Shown here: positions 1-8,656 of the stretch, in pieces
Position numbering within the stretch: position 1 is the first letter of the stretch
How the letters are laid out: every line of letters begins with the position of its first letter
NCBI GenBank assembly: GCA_050331235.1
Contig: JBHJHA010000082.1
Span: 1 to 41,540 of the forward strand
Origin: Leptolyngbyaceae cyanobacterium
GTDB lineage: Bacteria > Cyanobacteriota > Cyanobacteriia > Phormidesmidales > Phormidesmidaceae
Length of the DNA: 41,540 nt
Direction: 5' to 3'
The notes under the pieces: model-generated
Database searches by the model: none
Told to the model about the DNA's origin: nothing
The model's input: only the letters and a program-made list of their open reading frames with translations
Program-made: the position numbers and the translations under genes

Positions 1-45
1 GCTCACTTTCCAGAAGATCCTTGCTGTGACCAATTCTCTTGGGCC

Positions 46-69
46 GGCACTGTCAGCTTAAGGGGTGAG
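46..69 (+). repeat. IS left inverted repeat
   Basis: 21/24 match to the reverse complement of 1090-1113. Confidence 0.9.
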
Positions 70-104
70 AGCTAGAATGTTTGTTCAGTCAGCATTTAAG
101 CCTA

Positions 105-1101
105 ATGAGCTGTGTCTATTGCCAGAGCGCCCAGGTCGTCAAAAATGGTAGCAAGACCTTGAAGAGCAACCAAGTGCTTCAACGTTACCTCTGCAAGACT
201 TGTGGTCGTCGCTTCAATGAACGTAGCGGCACTCCGATGGCCCGCCTAAGAACCCCAGCCGCAACGGTAGAGATGGCCCTTAACGCCCGGCATGAAGGAC
301 TTGGCGTTAGAGCCGCCGCCAGAGTTGTCGGTAAATCACCCAGCCCTATCACGGATTGGGAAGAGCGTTTATCCACGCATCTTCCGGATTGGTCTCCCAG
401 TGCTCCTGAGAGAGGAGACGTCACCATCGAAGGCGATGAACTCTACACCCGCGTGGGTGAGAAGCTTCCCCCCCGAGGCTTCCCAGGGATGGACCATCAG
501 CTTCATTGAACGCAAGAGTCGTTACTGGATAGAAGCCAGTGCCGGCCTCAAGGACACTCAGTTGTTTGAGCAAGGGGTTCAACGGGCCTGGCAGTGGGCA
601 GAACCGAGTGATGGGATTCGGTGGTTTACAGACGGTGAGCGGCGCTATGGCAAGGAACTCTGGCAACTGGCCAGTATCTATCTACCCAGCAATCTCACCT
701 CAGATGCCTATCCTTACCGAAAGGTATGGCGTGAGGGATTAGAAGTGGCCATCAAGAGCAAAGGTTCTCAGGGCAAGGCGAGGGTGGAGTGGCTCCAGCA
801 AGAGCATCCCTTGACGGCGATTAGTTTAACCTCAGAGGTCCATGCCAATCATGTCGAGGCCTTCAATAGTGCCTTGAGGCGTCGGGCGACGGCTTATCGC
901 AGGCGTCAAAACCACTATGCCAAGCAGGTCAAGGGATTGCAGCGGGCTTTGAATGTGCAGCGATTAATCCACAACTGGGTGCGGCCTCATTGGAGTTTGG
1001 GCAAACACACCACGCCAGCTATGGAGATGGGATTCGTTGAGCACCCATTGAAAATCTCTGAGATGCTCTTATCCAGAGGATTTGAGTGCCTCACCCCTTA
1101 A
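105..1101 (+). CDS. IS1-family transposase split over two frames (InsA-like 105-509; DDE part ~470-1101)
   Basis: CVYC...CKTC zinc finger, HTH and EGDELYTRVGEK in ORF1; GWTISFIERKSRYW, WFTDGERRY and NHVEAFNSALRRR in the +1 frame; junction at CTT-CCCCCCC (C run 468-474). Confidence 0.85.
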
Positions 1102-1113
1102 CAGGACAGTGCC
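1090..1113 (-). repeat. IS right inverted repeat
   Basis: Mirror of 46-69; contains the transposase stop codon TAA (1099-1101). Confidence 0.9.
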
Positions 1114-1772
1114 ACATCGCTCAAATCTACAAAGTTCCTTTCCTGTGCGATGCTTCGCAGGCTGTCGGCAAAGTTCCCATCTACTTCCAAGAGTGGGGCA
1201 TCACAATGCTCTCCCTCTCTGCCCATAAGTTCTACGGACCTCAAGGGGTTGGGGCGCTAGTCGTCAAACGAGGGCACCCCCTAGAACCGTTACTCTACGG
1301 AGGTGGACACCAGCGAGGCTTGCGCTCAGGTACATTGAACCTTCCTGGAATCGTTGGGCTAGGTGAAGCATGTCGGTTACGGTTTTTGGAGATGGAGGAA
1401 GATGAGAGAGCGATTGGGAAGAAGCGCGATCGCCTCAAACAACTCCTCACTGACAAAATTCCAGAACTCGTCGTGAACGGCGATCAGGAAAACCGCCTCG
1501 CCGGAAATCTCCATATCTCCATTCCCGGTATTCCCAACAGTGCCGTCATAGCCAGAGTGCGCCATCAGCTTGCCATCTCTACTGTCTCCGCCTGCTCCTC
1601 TGGCGTTGAAGCTCCCTCCCACGTCCTCCGCGCCATGAACTTGGACGAGGATATCGTTGAGGGTTCTCTCCGTATCGGTCTTGGCAAATTCACCACCGAC
1701 GCCGAAGTTGATGCCGCAGCCGAGATTTTGAGCCAAACGGTTCACGCTGTTCGAGAAGCAACGGCAGTCTAG
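1114..1772 (+). pseudogene. Cysteine desulfurase (IscS/DndA-like), 5'-truncated by the IS
   Basis: DASQAVGK, SAHK (PLP lysine), RSGTLN and SACSS motifs. The N-terminal part is missing, and the usual STGSAC reads STVSAC. Confidence 0.85.
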
Positions 1773-1779
1773 GATCCCG

Positions 1780-2277
1780 CTAAACACCTTTCTGCAGCGC
1801 AACCATTTGATCAAAAGGTGTGAGACATCGCTGGTAGGTGCCATTAGCCCACTTAGATGGCATCGGCAGCTTAGCTTTGCAGTTTGGGCATTCCAATAAC
1901 AAGAGTAGATGGTGGCGATCGCATTGATTTGCGAATTTGTACTGCCACGCAGTCCGATGATACGGCTCCTTTGCATAGCAAGCCACACACAACCGAATCA
2001 CCCGATTCTGCATCGCTTCCTACGGCAGCATTAGCTTTATCTGCTCCACCTCCAGACGTACCAGCTTGGCCAGTGCCGCTAGTTGTGAGTCACTCGGCGG
2101 TGGTATGAACCGAAATTTCTCCCACCGCCCCAACACTGCTCCCAGCCCAGTCTTTTCGCCGAGTTGATTCAACGTCGCGTGGTTCTCCCGACAAAACCGA
2201 CCCAAGAAATGGCTCAGACTCTCTCCTGCATAGGGCTCCACTGGAAAAACCCAAGCTGGAATTGAACTCGTTTCCAT
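1780..2277 (-). pseudogene. tniQ: TniQ (short V-K type) with in-frame TAG at 2022-2020
   Basis: PYAGESLSHFLGRFCRENH ... KLMLP*EAMQNRVIRLCVACY ... CDRH ... CPNC in one frame; ATG overlaps the tnsC stop. Confidence 0.88.
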
Positions 2278-3083
2278 CAACAATATTCCTCAGCAACTTC
2301 CTGAAGAATCGCCTGATCAATTTTCAGCAAACCATTCTCTAGAGAGCGAATGGCTGATTCCCGCAAGAGCATGTCCAACAAGCCAATGAAATAACCTTTT
2401 CGATTCTTACCGGTTGCTTTACGAATTAGCTGCATTGCCTGCTTGCTTAGCAGATTAGAGGGGACTGGCAAAGCAATAATGTCTCGCTACCAGACAGCAA
2501 CCACCTTCTCAAGCTCCTTAGACGAGATGGTACCAACTCGGTATCGTGGCATAAAGCGATATTCAATTTGCTCATCGTCACGAATCGCTCTATCAAGACG
2601 CTTAGGTGTGCCTACGAGGATGACGGCGATTCTAAGCTTGTCAAAGATGTCCCGTACGTCTCTCAGAGTATTGGGTTTGAGGCGATCAGCCTCATCCACA
2701 ATGAGGATCTCTGTTTTACTGGCTTGAATAACTTCCAAGGTTTTACTGGCGACATCACCAACAGTTCCCTTCGGTAAATCAAAGTTGTAGTAGTCCAGCA
2801 CGGCTCTATAGAACTCTCTTGAGGTGCAGTCTGGTTTTGGATAGACATAACCAACTGGCACGATTGGTGTTCTACCCGAGATGATCGGTTGCCCATGGAG
2901 TTGAATATAAGCTTTGCAAGCCTTTGTTTTACCTGTTCTGGACTCTCCAGTCACCCGGCCACATTGCCTTGAGCTACGTTTTCGGTCTAGCCATTGGTGC
3001 AATAAAGTCACCTGTTCAAGTGCCACAGTCTTGTCGCGCCTCAGGCGCTCAATATGTGCCTGTATCTCCTCTTGACTAGCCAT
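2277..3083 (-). pseudogene. tnsC: TnsC AAA+ ATPase with in-frame TAG at 2489-2487
   Basis: Walker A GESRTGKT and Walker B LIVDEADR; continues in frame VVAVW*RDIIALPVPSNL...IGLLDMLLRESAIRSL...LQEVAEEY. Confidence 0.9.
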
Positions 3084-3092
3084 GATGCCCCC

Positions 3093-4721
3093 TTAATCCT
3101 CGTCCTCAAAGTCCCAAATCGTGAATGTTGGTATGTCTGATTCGTCAATGGGTATGGTGTCTGTTTCTTGTCTCTCTGGGTCAGGTATGGCGCTGGTCTC
3201 GTTAGATTTTTGCTGAATGTGCAGATCAGCTTGCTCTTCCTTTTGGCGCTCTTTACGGGATTTCTTCTTCTGCTCAATGAATGCCTCGCGCATCTCGTCC
3301 AGCATGGTGTCATTACTAACAGCCTTACCATCCTCACGAATGCGTCGACTGTGGGCTTTGGCATCATCTAGCGCCAGCACTTCACCTTCAAAGTCTTGGG
3401 CTTGAGCAACTCCCAAATACACCTCACGGTCGGGTTCATGACGGTAAACCAACACCCGCGTAATGTCTCTGGGGTCATAGCGCAGCACAATATTCTCACC
3501 AGCGTGTTCAGCCAGTGTTTCTCCCCAGTAAGTCAAATTTTCAAACTGGAGATAGCCACCTCGGTAAATGGTGCGCCGAGTCTGCTTCATTAGGCAGATA
3601 TCTAGCTCTCGCTCAGAAATCGTCGGTGGCTGCTTCAGTGATCCACGGTCCCAACGCTGAATTCGAGTTTGGTCACCCATGCGGGCATCCAACCGCTGGT
3701 TGTAGGTATTTACGATGTAGGCAACTAGTAGCTTCTCTAGTTCATGTAAGGTCAAACAGGCTTCCGCTTCCGCTTCTGGAGGACGGTCTTGAACATTGGA
3801 ACCTGTGTACCCAGGCAGAGTAGCGAGAAACTGGGTGTTGATAGTGCCGAACGGGCGCTCGACGATACCGCCTTCCGAAGGGCGATCTCGTAGGTGACAG
3901 ATAAACCCAAGTTGCACTCCAATTTGCTGTAAGTGGTTGGAACGAAAGTCTTTGCCTCCGTCAGTAAACATGTGGTCAGGGACACCGCAGGTAGGCCATT
4001 CAGCATAAAGCTTGTACTCTGCCCCATACTCCTTGGGCAGAATCGCATGACGCAGGGTTAGGGCAACTACTCTAGAACTAGGAGCGTCATACCCCAGGTT
4101 GATACCCACAATCGCTCGGGAGTAAGTATCGACCACAGTCGTCAACCAAGGCCGTCCCATCTGATGGCCATACTTGTCTACCAGCAAAATATCGGCTCGC
4201 GTGTGATCACACTGCCAGACTTGATTGCTGTAGTCGATTTCTAAGACCTCACCATCACGGGTTTTGAGCGCTAATCGAGCACCTTTCCATCCCACATTGC
4301 GGATATTCTTCTTCTGCTCTTTCGCCTCAATCAGTGGATTTAGAATACGATAAACCGTCATGTGGCTGGGATGAGAATCTAACCCCTCTTGTCGAGCCCT
4401 TTGGCGAATTTTGGTGAACACCTGTGCCGGAGTACATTTGCCATTGGCGTAGGCGTCCTTGATAAAGCGTTGCCAATCTTCAGGGATCCGTGGGTCACCT
4501 TTATCCTTACGACCTGAATCGACCAGAGCGTGAATCCCTTCTTGCTCCCATTTCTTCATCAACCGTTGCACTGTGCGGACAGAGCATTCTAGTTTCTGGG
4601 CCGCACTGCGCAGGCGTTCACCATAAGTCCTGCGATCACAGGGCTCTGAAAGCTTTTCAACAATTTCTAGCTTGAGCCTGGCTTCTACTGAATTCAGATC
4701 ATCTGGATTAACAAGTTTCAT
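3093..4721 (-). CDS. tnsB: TnsB DDE transposase (Mu/Tn7-like)
   Basis: HTH (SVRTVQRL), catalytic WQCDHT / FTDGGKDF / GGIVERPF, LRYDPRDIT and acidic C-terminal tail (IWDFEDED); 542 aa, open. Confidence 0.93.
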   Translation of the reverse strand: MKLVNPDDLNSVEARLKLEIVEKLSEPCDRRTYGERLRSAAQKLECSVRTVQRLMKKWEQEGIHALVDSGRKDKGDPRIPEDWQRFIKDAYANGKCTPAQVFTKIRQRARQEGLDSHPSHMTVYRILNPLIEAKEQKKNIRNVGWKGARLALKTRDGEVLEIDYSNQVWQCDHTRADILLVDKYGHQMGRPWLTTVVDTYSRAIVGINLGYDAPSSRVVALTLRHAILPKEYGAEYKLYAEWPTCGVPDHMFTDGGKDFRSNHLQQIGVQLGFICHLRDRPSEGGIVERPFGTINTQFLATLPGYTGSNVQDRPPEAEAEACLTLHELEKLLVAYIVNTYNQRLDARMGDQTRIQRWDRGSLKQPPTISERELDICLMKQTRRTIYRGGYLQFENLTYWGETLAEHAGENIVLRYDPRDITRVLVYRHEPDREVYLGVAQAQDFEGEVLALDDAKAHSRRIREDGKAVSNDTMLDEMREAFIEQKKKSRKERQKEEQADLHIQQKSNETSAIPDPERQETDTIPIDESDIPTFTIWDFEDED

Positions 4722-4728
4722 ATGACCA

Positions 4729-4762
4729 CCTAGTACAAGTGAATTAATTTAAATGTACTAGG
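4729..4762. promoter_or_regulatory. Inverted repeat CCTAGTACA-N16-TGTACTAGG just upstream of tnsB (operator or RBS-masking hairpin)
   Basis: Perfect 9-bp arms; one arm overlaps the AGG of the AGGTGG Shine-Dalgarno-like motif before the tnsB ATG. Confidence 0.5.
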
Positions 4763-4774
4763 ATCGCCAAGATA

Positions 4775-5028
4775 TGTCACCTAATTTGTTAGATGCCATA
4801 AAACCTCCAAAAGGCGACAAAGAGTGCGTTAATGCTGAGGTGGTCTCAGATTCCAAGAGACGACACCGATTGTGCTCAACTTCCAAGAGACGTCATTTAT
4901 TCTGTTAGTCAAAGAGACTTATTGAGATATGAGTGGAAACGCTGAAGAGTCTGATTTGAATAGGTTCTGGCTATCTCAAGCTCGATGACAAGATTGCGTT
5001 ATGACGACAGTCTACGTGTTACTCGACA
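4775..5028 (-). repeat. tnsB-proximal transposon end with six TnsB-binding repeats
   Basis: Plus-strand yG(A/T)CA-N8/9-GTTA-like units at 4775, 4815, 4861, 4891, 4986 and 5005; terminus reads 5'-TGTCGAGTAACACGTAGACTGTCG from 5028. Confidence 0.8.
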
Positions 5029-5114
5029 CCTTTAGAACTCGCAATTAGTTCAAGAGCTCTACTTTTGAGCTTGTTTAACCCATTCCCTTGGTAGTGGTCT
5101 ATGGAGATTAGACC

Positions 5115-5258
5115 ATGCCAAAAGTCGATTTACGATTCTGTAACGATAGGCTGCAACTGCGCTGAACATTACAAGGGCAACGAATAATGCTGGGTCCACA
5201 GGTGACGTTCCACGGACTCGTCTGCAATTTAGGAAGCGATCGCCTAAAATCCAATTAA
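5115..5258 (+). pseudogene. Probable relic of a tyrosine-integrase N-terminal arm-binding domain
   Basis: GGAG upstream; MPKVDLRFCNDRLQLR*TLQGQRIMLG, where TGA at 5163 is one change from TGG, giving RLQLRWTxQGQR. Confidence 0.45.
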
Positions 5259-5343
5259 AGTCCTGCCAGCCTTATTTAGGGCTTTAGGGCGACTTTTTGA
5301 TGCGATGTACAGTTCTTTCTGCTATTACCTACAAAAGTGAGGA

Positions 5344-5374
5344 ACTAGAACTCCCCGAAGCCGGAAGTTCTAGT
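5344..5374 (-). terminator. Stable hairpin with C(UUCG)G loop, probable terminator
   Basis: Minus strand ACTAGAACTTCCGG-CTTCGG-GGAGTTCTAGT followed by TCCTCACTTTT. Confidence 0.55.
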
Positions 5375-5574
5375 GCGTTTGCTTGGTTTGCAGTATTGAC
5401 AAGTTTCCAATGCTAACCAGCCTTACAAGCAAGGTGTCACTAATCCGAGGTTGGTATCGCCCATTTTCAGCTAGTCCTACAGGGCCGAACTTGTCTGGTT
5501 TTGGAAAAAGCCCATCGCAAACAGGCCACCCCGATGGGTAGCCTGCTGAAAAAGTGATGACGATCGCTGATGCA

Positions 5575-6525
5575 CTACGACCCAAACTGTTCATTAGCCT
5601 GCTGGCGACAAGCGGTGCGATCAGCCCCAGTGATATGGCAGCGCTCAAAAGCGATCTGGCGGCTCGTGCTGGCTGGCAACTGGTCAGCGTACTCCAAGGC
5701 GAGGTCAAAGTATTCGATGCTTTCTGCTGTGCGGTCTAACCGACGCAAAACTTGAGCCTTGAGATACATCAGGTCAGGATTTTCAGGGGCCTCTTCTAAT
5801 GCAACGTTAACAGCGTCCAGAGCTTCCAAATCACGGTCTAGGTCGCGATAGCCCAAAGCGATACCCCGGTAGGAAACATAGGGAGGATAACCATAGTTGG
5901 CGAGCTGGGTAATCGCTCGCTCGGGGTTGGCAAAGGGTAAGTTGACCGACAGCAGCAAATCCATATATCCCTTCAACAGACTGAGTTCAGGATCCTGCGG
6001 GTCAATGGCTTCAGCGGTATCCATGCGGTCAAACACCTGCTGCAACATACCGAGGGCTCTAGGCGTCCCCTGGGCAATGCCTTCTGTTTGGAGAATATAG
6101 GCTCCCTCCAAAAAGATGCCCACGGCTTCGTACAGATTGCCTCGGAGCGGATCGCTGCCCATCAGCTGAGTGGCGGTTTCTTTGGTCAGTGCGGCTTTAG
6201 CTTCCAAGGTATCCCAATCTTCATCGAGATATGCAAACGCCGCTCCCAAGGCATGAAACAAGGGATCATCGTCGGCATCCGCCCCGGGATTGCTGAGCGC
6301 TTCACGGGCCGCGACATAGTCACCATCGCGAAACATGGCATAGAAGACAGTTTCACTGGTGTCACTAATGTCGCGCGGTGCCGTCGTGCGAAAGGGGTCT
6401 CCTGCCCATCCTGGTTGTGCCAAGGGGGCGATCGCCAGACCGATGCCGAGACACAAACCGGTTAGCCGTCGCCCCAACTGAAACCATCTCAGGGTTGGGA
6501 TAAAACGAGTTGCTGTATGTGACAT
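5575..6525 (-). CDS. Sll0314/Alr1548-like secreted TPR-repeat protein
   Basis: Signal peptide then AGDPFR, DPELSLLKGYMDLLLSVNLPF and TPR-like PDLMYLKAQVL. Confidence 0.8.
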   Translation of the reverse strand: MSHTATRFIPTLRWFQLGRRLTGLCLGIGLAIAPLAQPGWAGDPFRTTAPRDISDTSETVFYAMFRDGDYVAAREALSNPGADADDDPLFHALGAAFAYLDEDWDTLEAKAALTKETATQLMGSDPLRGNLYEAVGIFLEGAYILQTEGIAQGTPRALGMLQQVFDRMDTAEAIDPQDPELSLLKGYMDLLLSVNLPFANPERAITQLANYGYPPYVSYRGIALGYRDLDRDLEALDAVNVALEEAPENPDLMYLKAQVLRRLDRTAESIEYFDLALEYADQLPASTSRQIAFERCHITGADRTACRQQANEQFGS

Positions 6526-6891
6526 AGGTGAGAAGCAAAGAAAGTGAAAAAATAGTGCAAGCGATTTTCAGAGTCGTCACCTCAACGAGAATGCAGCTGT
6601 AAAGACGACCTTTTCAAACGTTGAGGATGATTTGCCAGCCTGTCAGTTACTTAAAACACGTTCATCGGCTGCTGATGGGTCAGGCCCTCAAAATTGGTAG
6701 CTGTTGCCCTTAAACATTGTATTCATGGATACATAGATTGTCTTGACGCTAGCGGGGGGATAGAGTTCCGCAGCAATTGCTACCTGAGGGTCGATGCTTG
6801 CCATCATGAGCCTCAATTTGTAAAGCGATCGCCCACACCCCCCGTCAATTCCGGGTACCTTATGAGAAGCTAATTTCTGCTTAGAGACGGC

Positions 6892-7560
6892 ATGCTCAAT
6901 CTCCGTGATCTGTCTTATCATCCGGCTTCGACTCCCCAACCCATCTTGCAAAAGCTATCGCTCGAGCTGCCACCTCAGCAGTTGGGACTAGTCATTGGCC
7001 CCAGTGGTTCAGGCAAAACGACCCTGCTAGAACTGTTGGCAGGTTTGGCCTATCCCACCACGGGGGAAATTCGCTGGCGTGATCAAGTCCTGATGCCAGA
7101 GTCCTTGCAGCAGCTTGCCGGCTTAGTCTTTCAATTTCCCGAGCGGCACTTTTGCGGTCACAACATTCTTGAAGAACTCCGGCTGGGGCATCCTGAGCTG
7201 CCCAAGAGCCGCCTGGTGGAGACACTAGAATCTGTTGGCCTTGGGCATCTTTCTCTCTCGGCTGAGCCCCACGCCCTAAGCGGCGGCCAGCAACGGCGAC
7301 TAGCCCTAGCCGTGCAGTTGATCCGTCAGCCTTACTTACTGCTGCTAGACGAGCCAACCGCTGGCCTAGATTGGTCGATGCGCAAACAGATCATCGGCTT
7401 ACTGGAGCGTTTAAAGAAAGATTGGTGCTTGTTGATTGTCACCCATGATGCGGGAGAGTTGGCGGAGCTAGCCGATCGCGCTTGGACATTGGAGCATGGC
7501 GTTTTGGCCCCATACAACCTCAACTCCCCATTACCCGCGACCGTGCCATCAGCGTCTTGA
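6892..7560 (+). CDS. ABC/ECF-type ATP-binding protein
   Basis: GPSGSGKTT, VFQFPE, LSGGQQRR, LLLDEPTAGLD and VTHD motifs. Confidence 0.92.
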   Translation: MLNLRDLSYHPASTPQPILQKLSLELPPQQLGLVIGPSGSGKTTLLELLAGLAYPTTGEIRWRDQVLMPESLQQLAGLVFQFPERHFCGHNILEELRLGHPELPKSRLVETLESVGLGHLSLSAEPHALSGGQQRRLALAVQLIRQPYLLLLDEPTAGLDWSMRKQIIGLLERLKKDWCLLIVTHDAGELAELADRAWTLEHGVLAPYNLNSPLPATVPSAS

Positions 7561-7864
7561 GCCGTGGCCAACAGGACATGCCTCGGCTCAGACTCATCGT
7601 GCCAATCAGAGTCGGCGAAGACCGAGTGCCCCTTACCGAGTTGAGGCGACTAGGTCAAGGACCTATACCCACAAGCCTGTTAAGATCGATGACACGTTTT
7701 GTTGCAAAAGTTAGGGAGCTGGCCATCGCACAGTGTTAGCGGCATCCTGACGACAATGCTCATCCTTGGCTAGGGCAGATCAGCCTGAGTCAACTGGACA
7801 GGCATTCAATAAGGCGTTCAGGTCTCTCACGGGAACTGGTGTGGTTATGTTGTCATGGGCGTCA

Positions 7865-8257
7865 ATGTTCACAGAAATCTTTCCGTTTTCGTTTTCCCTG
7901 GATCCGATGGCCGTCTCGGGGGCTACGCTTTGGGCATTGGCACTGTACTTAGCTTTTTCTCCCCTGAGCGACTGGGTCACTCACCAACTCACGCGCTGGT
8001 TCAACTTTGCTGAGCGATCGCTCTACCTCTCAGAAGAAGAGTTTGAAAAAACCCGGACGGGTCGCGAATCTCAAAATGCTTTCTGGGCATCAATGTTCAG
8101 CGTGTTGCCCTTTGTCGGCTTAGGAACACTGATCCACTACGCGGTGATTCTAGGATTAGGGGGCAGTTGGTCTGTGAGCTTGGGAATTCTCTGCGCGGTG
8201 GGCAGTGGCGTCTACGAGTTGGGTCGGCGCGATAGTCAACCATCCGATTCCGACTGA
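7865..8257 (+). CDS. Conserved hypothetical membrane protein
   Basis: Three hydrophobic segments; FNFAERSLY and GVYELGRRD motifs; ATG at 7865 chosen as start. Confidence 0.75.
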   Translation: MFTEIFPFSFSLDPMAVSGATLWALALYLAFSPLSDWVTHQLTRWFNFAERSLYLSEEEFEKTRTGRESQNAFWASMFSVLPFVGLGTLIHYAVILGLGGSWSVSLGILCAVGSGVYELGRRDSQPSDSD

Positions 8258-8656
8258 GCCAAAAGACAGCTCGCCGCATGTGACTACAGCAGGGTTGATT
8301 GACATTAGGAAGCTAATGCGAGGAAACCTTGACAAGCCAAACGCCCTGACAGGGCTTTGGGCGATCGCCTCGAAAGCTTAAGCCAAGGCAAAAGCAATCT
8401 TATCTTGTCGTTAACATGGACTGATTTAAATGTTGGAAGACAGCAGGGGTCCGGGGCATAGGCACCTGTGCTTGCACTAATACTGTTTCTGCAAATCACG
8501 ACTACACATAGATTCTTCAAAGCCCCTTTTTCAAAGGAGCAGCGACAGCCGGGGGATCTGCAAATCTGGAGCGCTATTACAGAGAATTGGGATAAGACCC
8601 CGCGCGATCGCCGAAACAGCTGTCCGTCCATGTCGTTTCTGAAATCACGTTTTGCC

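Larger units (their letters stand above)
46..1113 (+). mobile_element. IS1-family insertion sequence (1068 bp)
   Basis: Terminal inverted repeats GGCACTGTCAGCTTAAGGGGTGAG (46-69) and, on the minus strand, GGCACTGTCCTGTTAAGGGGTGAG (1113-1090) enclose a Zn-finger/HTH ORF and a DDE ORF. Confidence 0.9.
1..5028 (-). mobile_element. Tn7-like transposon with type V-K CAST architecture (tnsB-tnsC-tniQ, no tnsA); other end and any cas12k/CRISPR lie left of the window
   Basis: Contiguous tnsB, tnsC and short (~165 aa) tniQ on the minus strand, followed upstream by repeated TnsB-type sites and a terminal TGT at 5028-5026. Confidence 0.85.

Noticed and set aside
5306..5311. TGTACA as the true end of the tnsBC-tniQ element
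   Set aside because: It is ~280 bp from the TnsB-site cluster with irregular spacing, whereas 5028 fits the expected end geometry. Kept only as a possible older relic.
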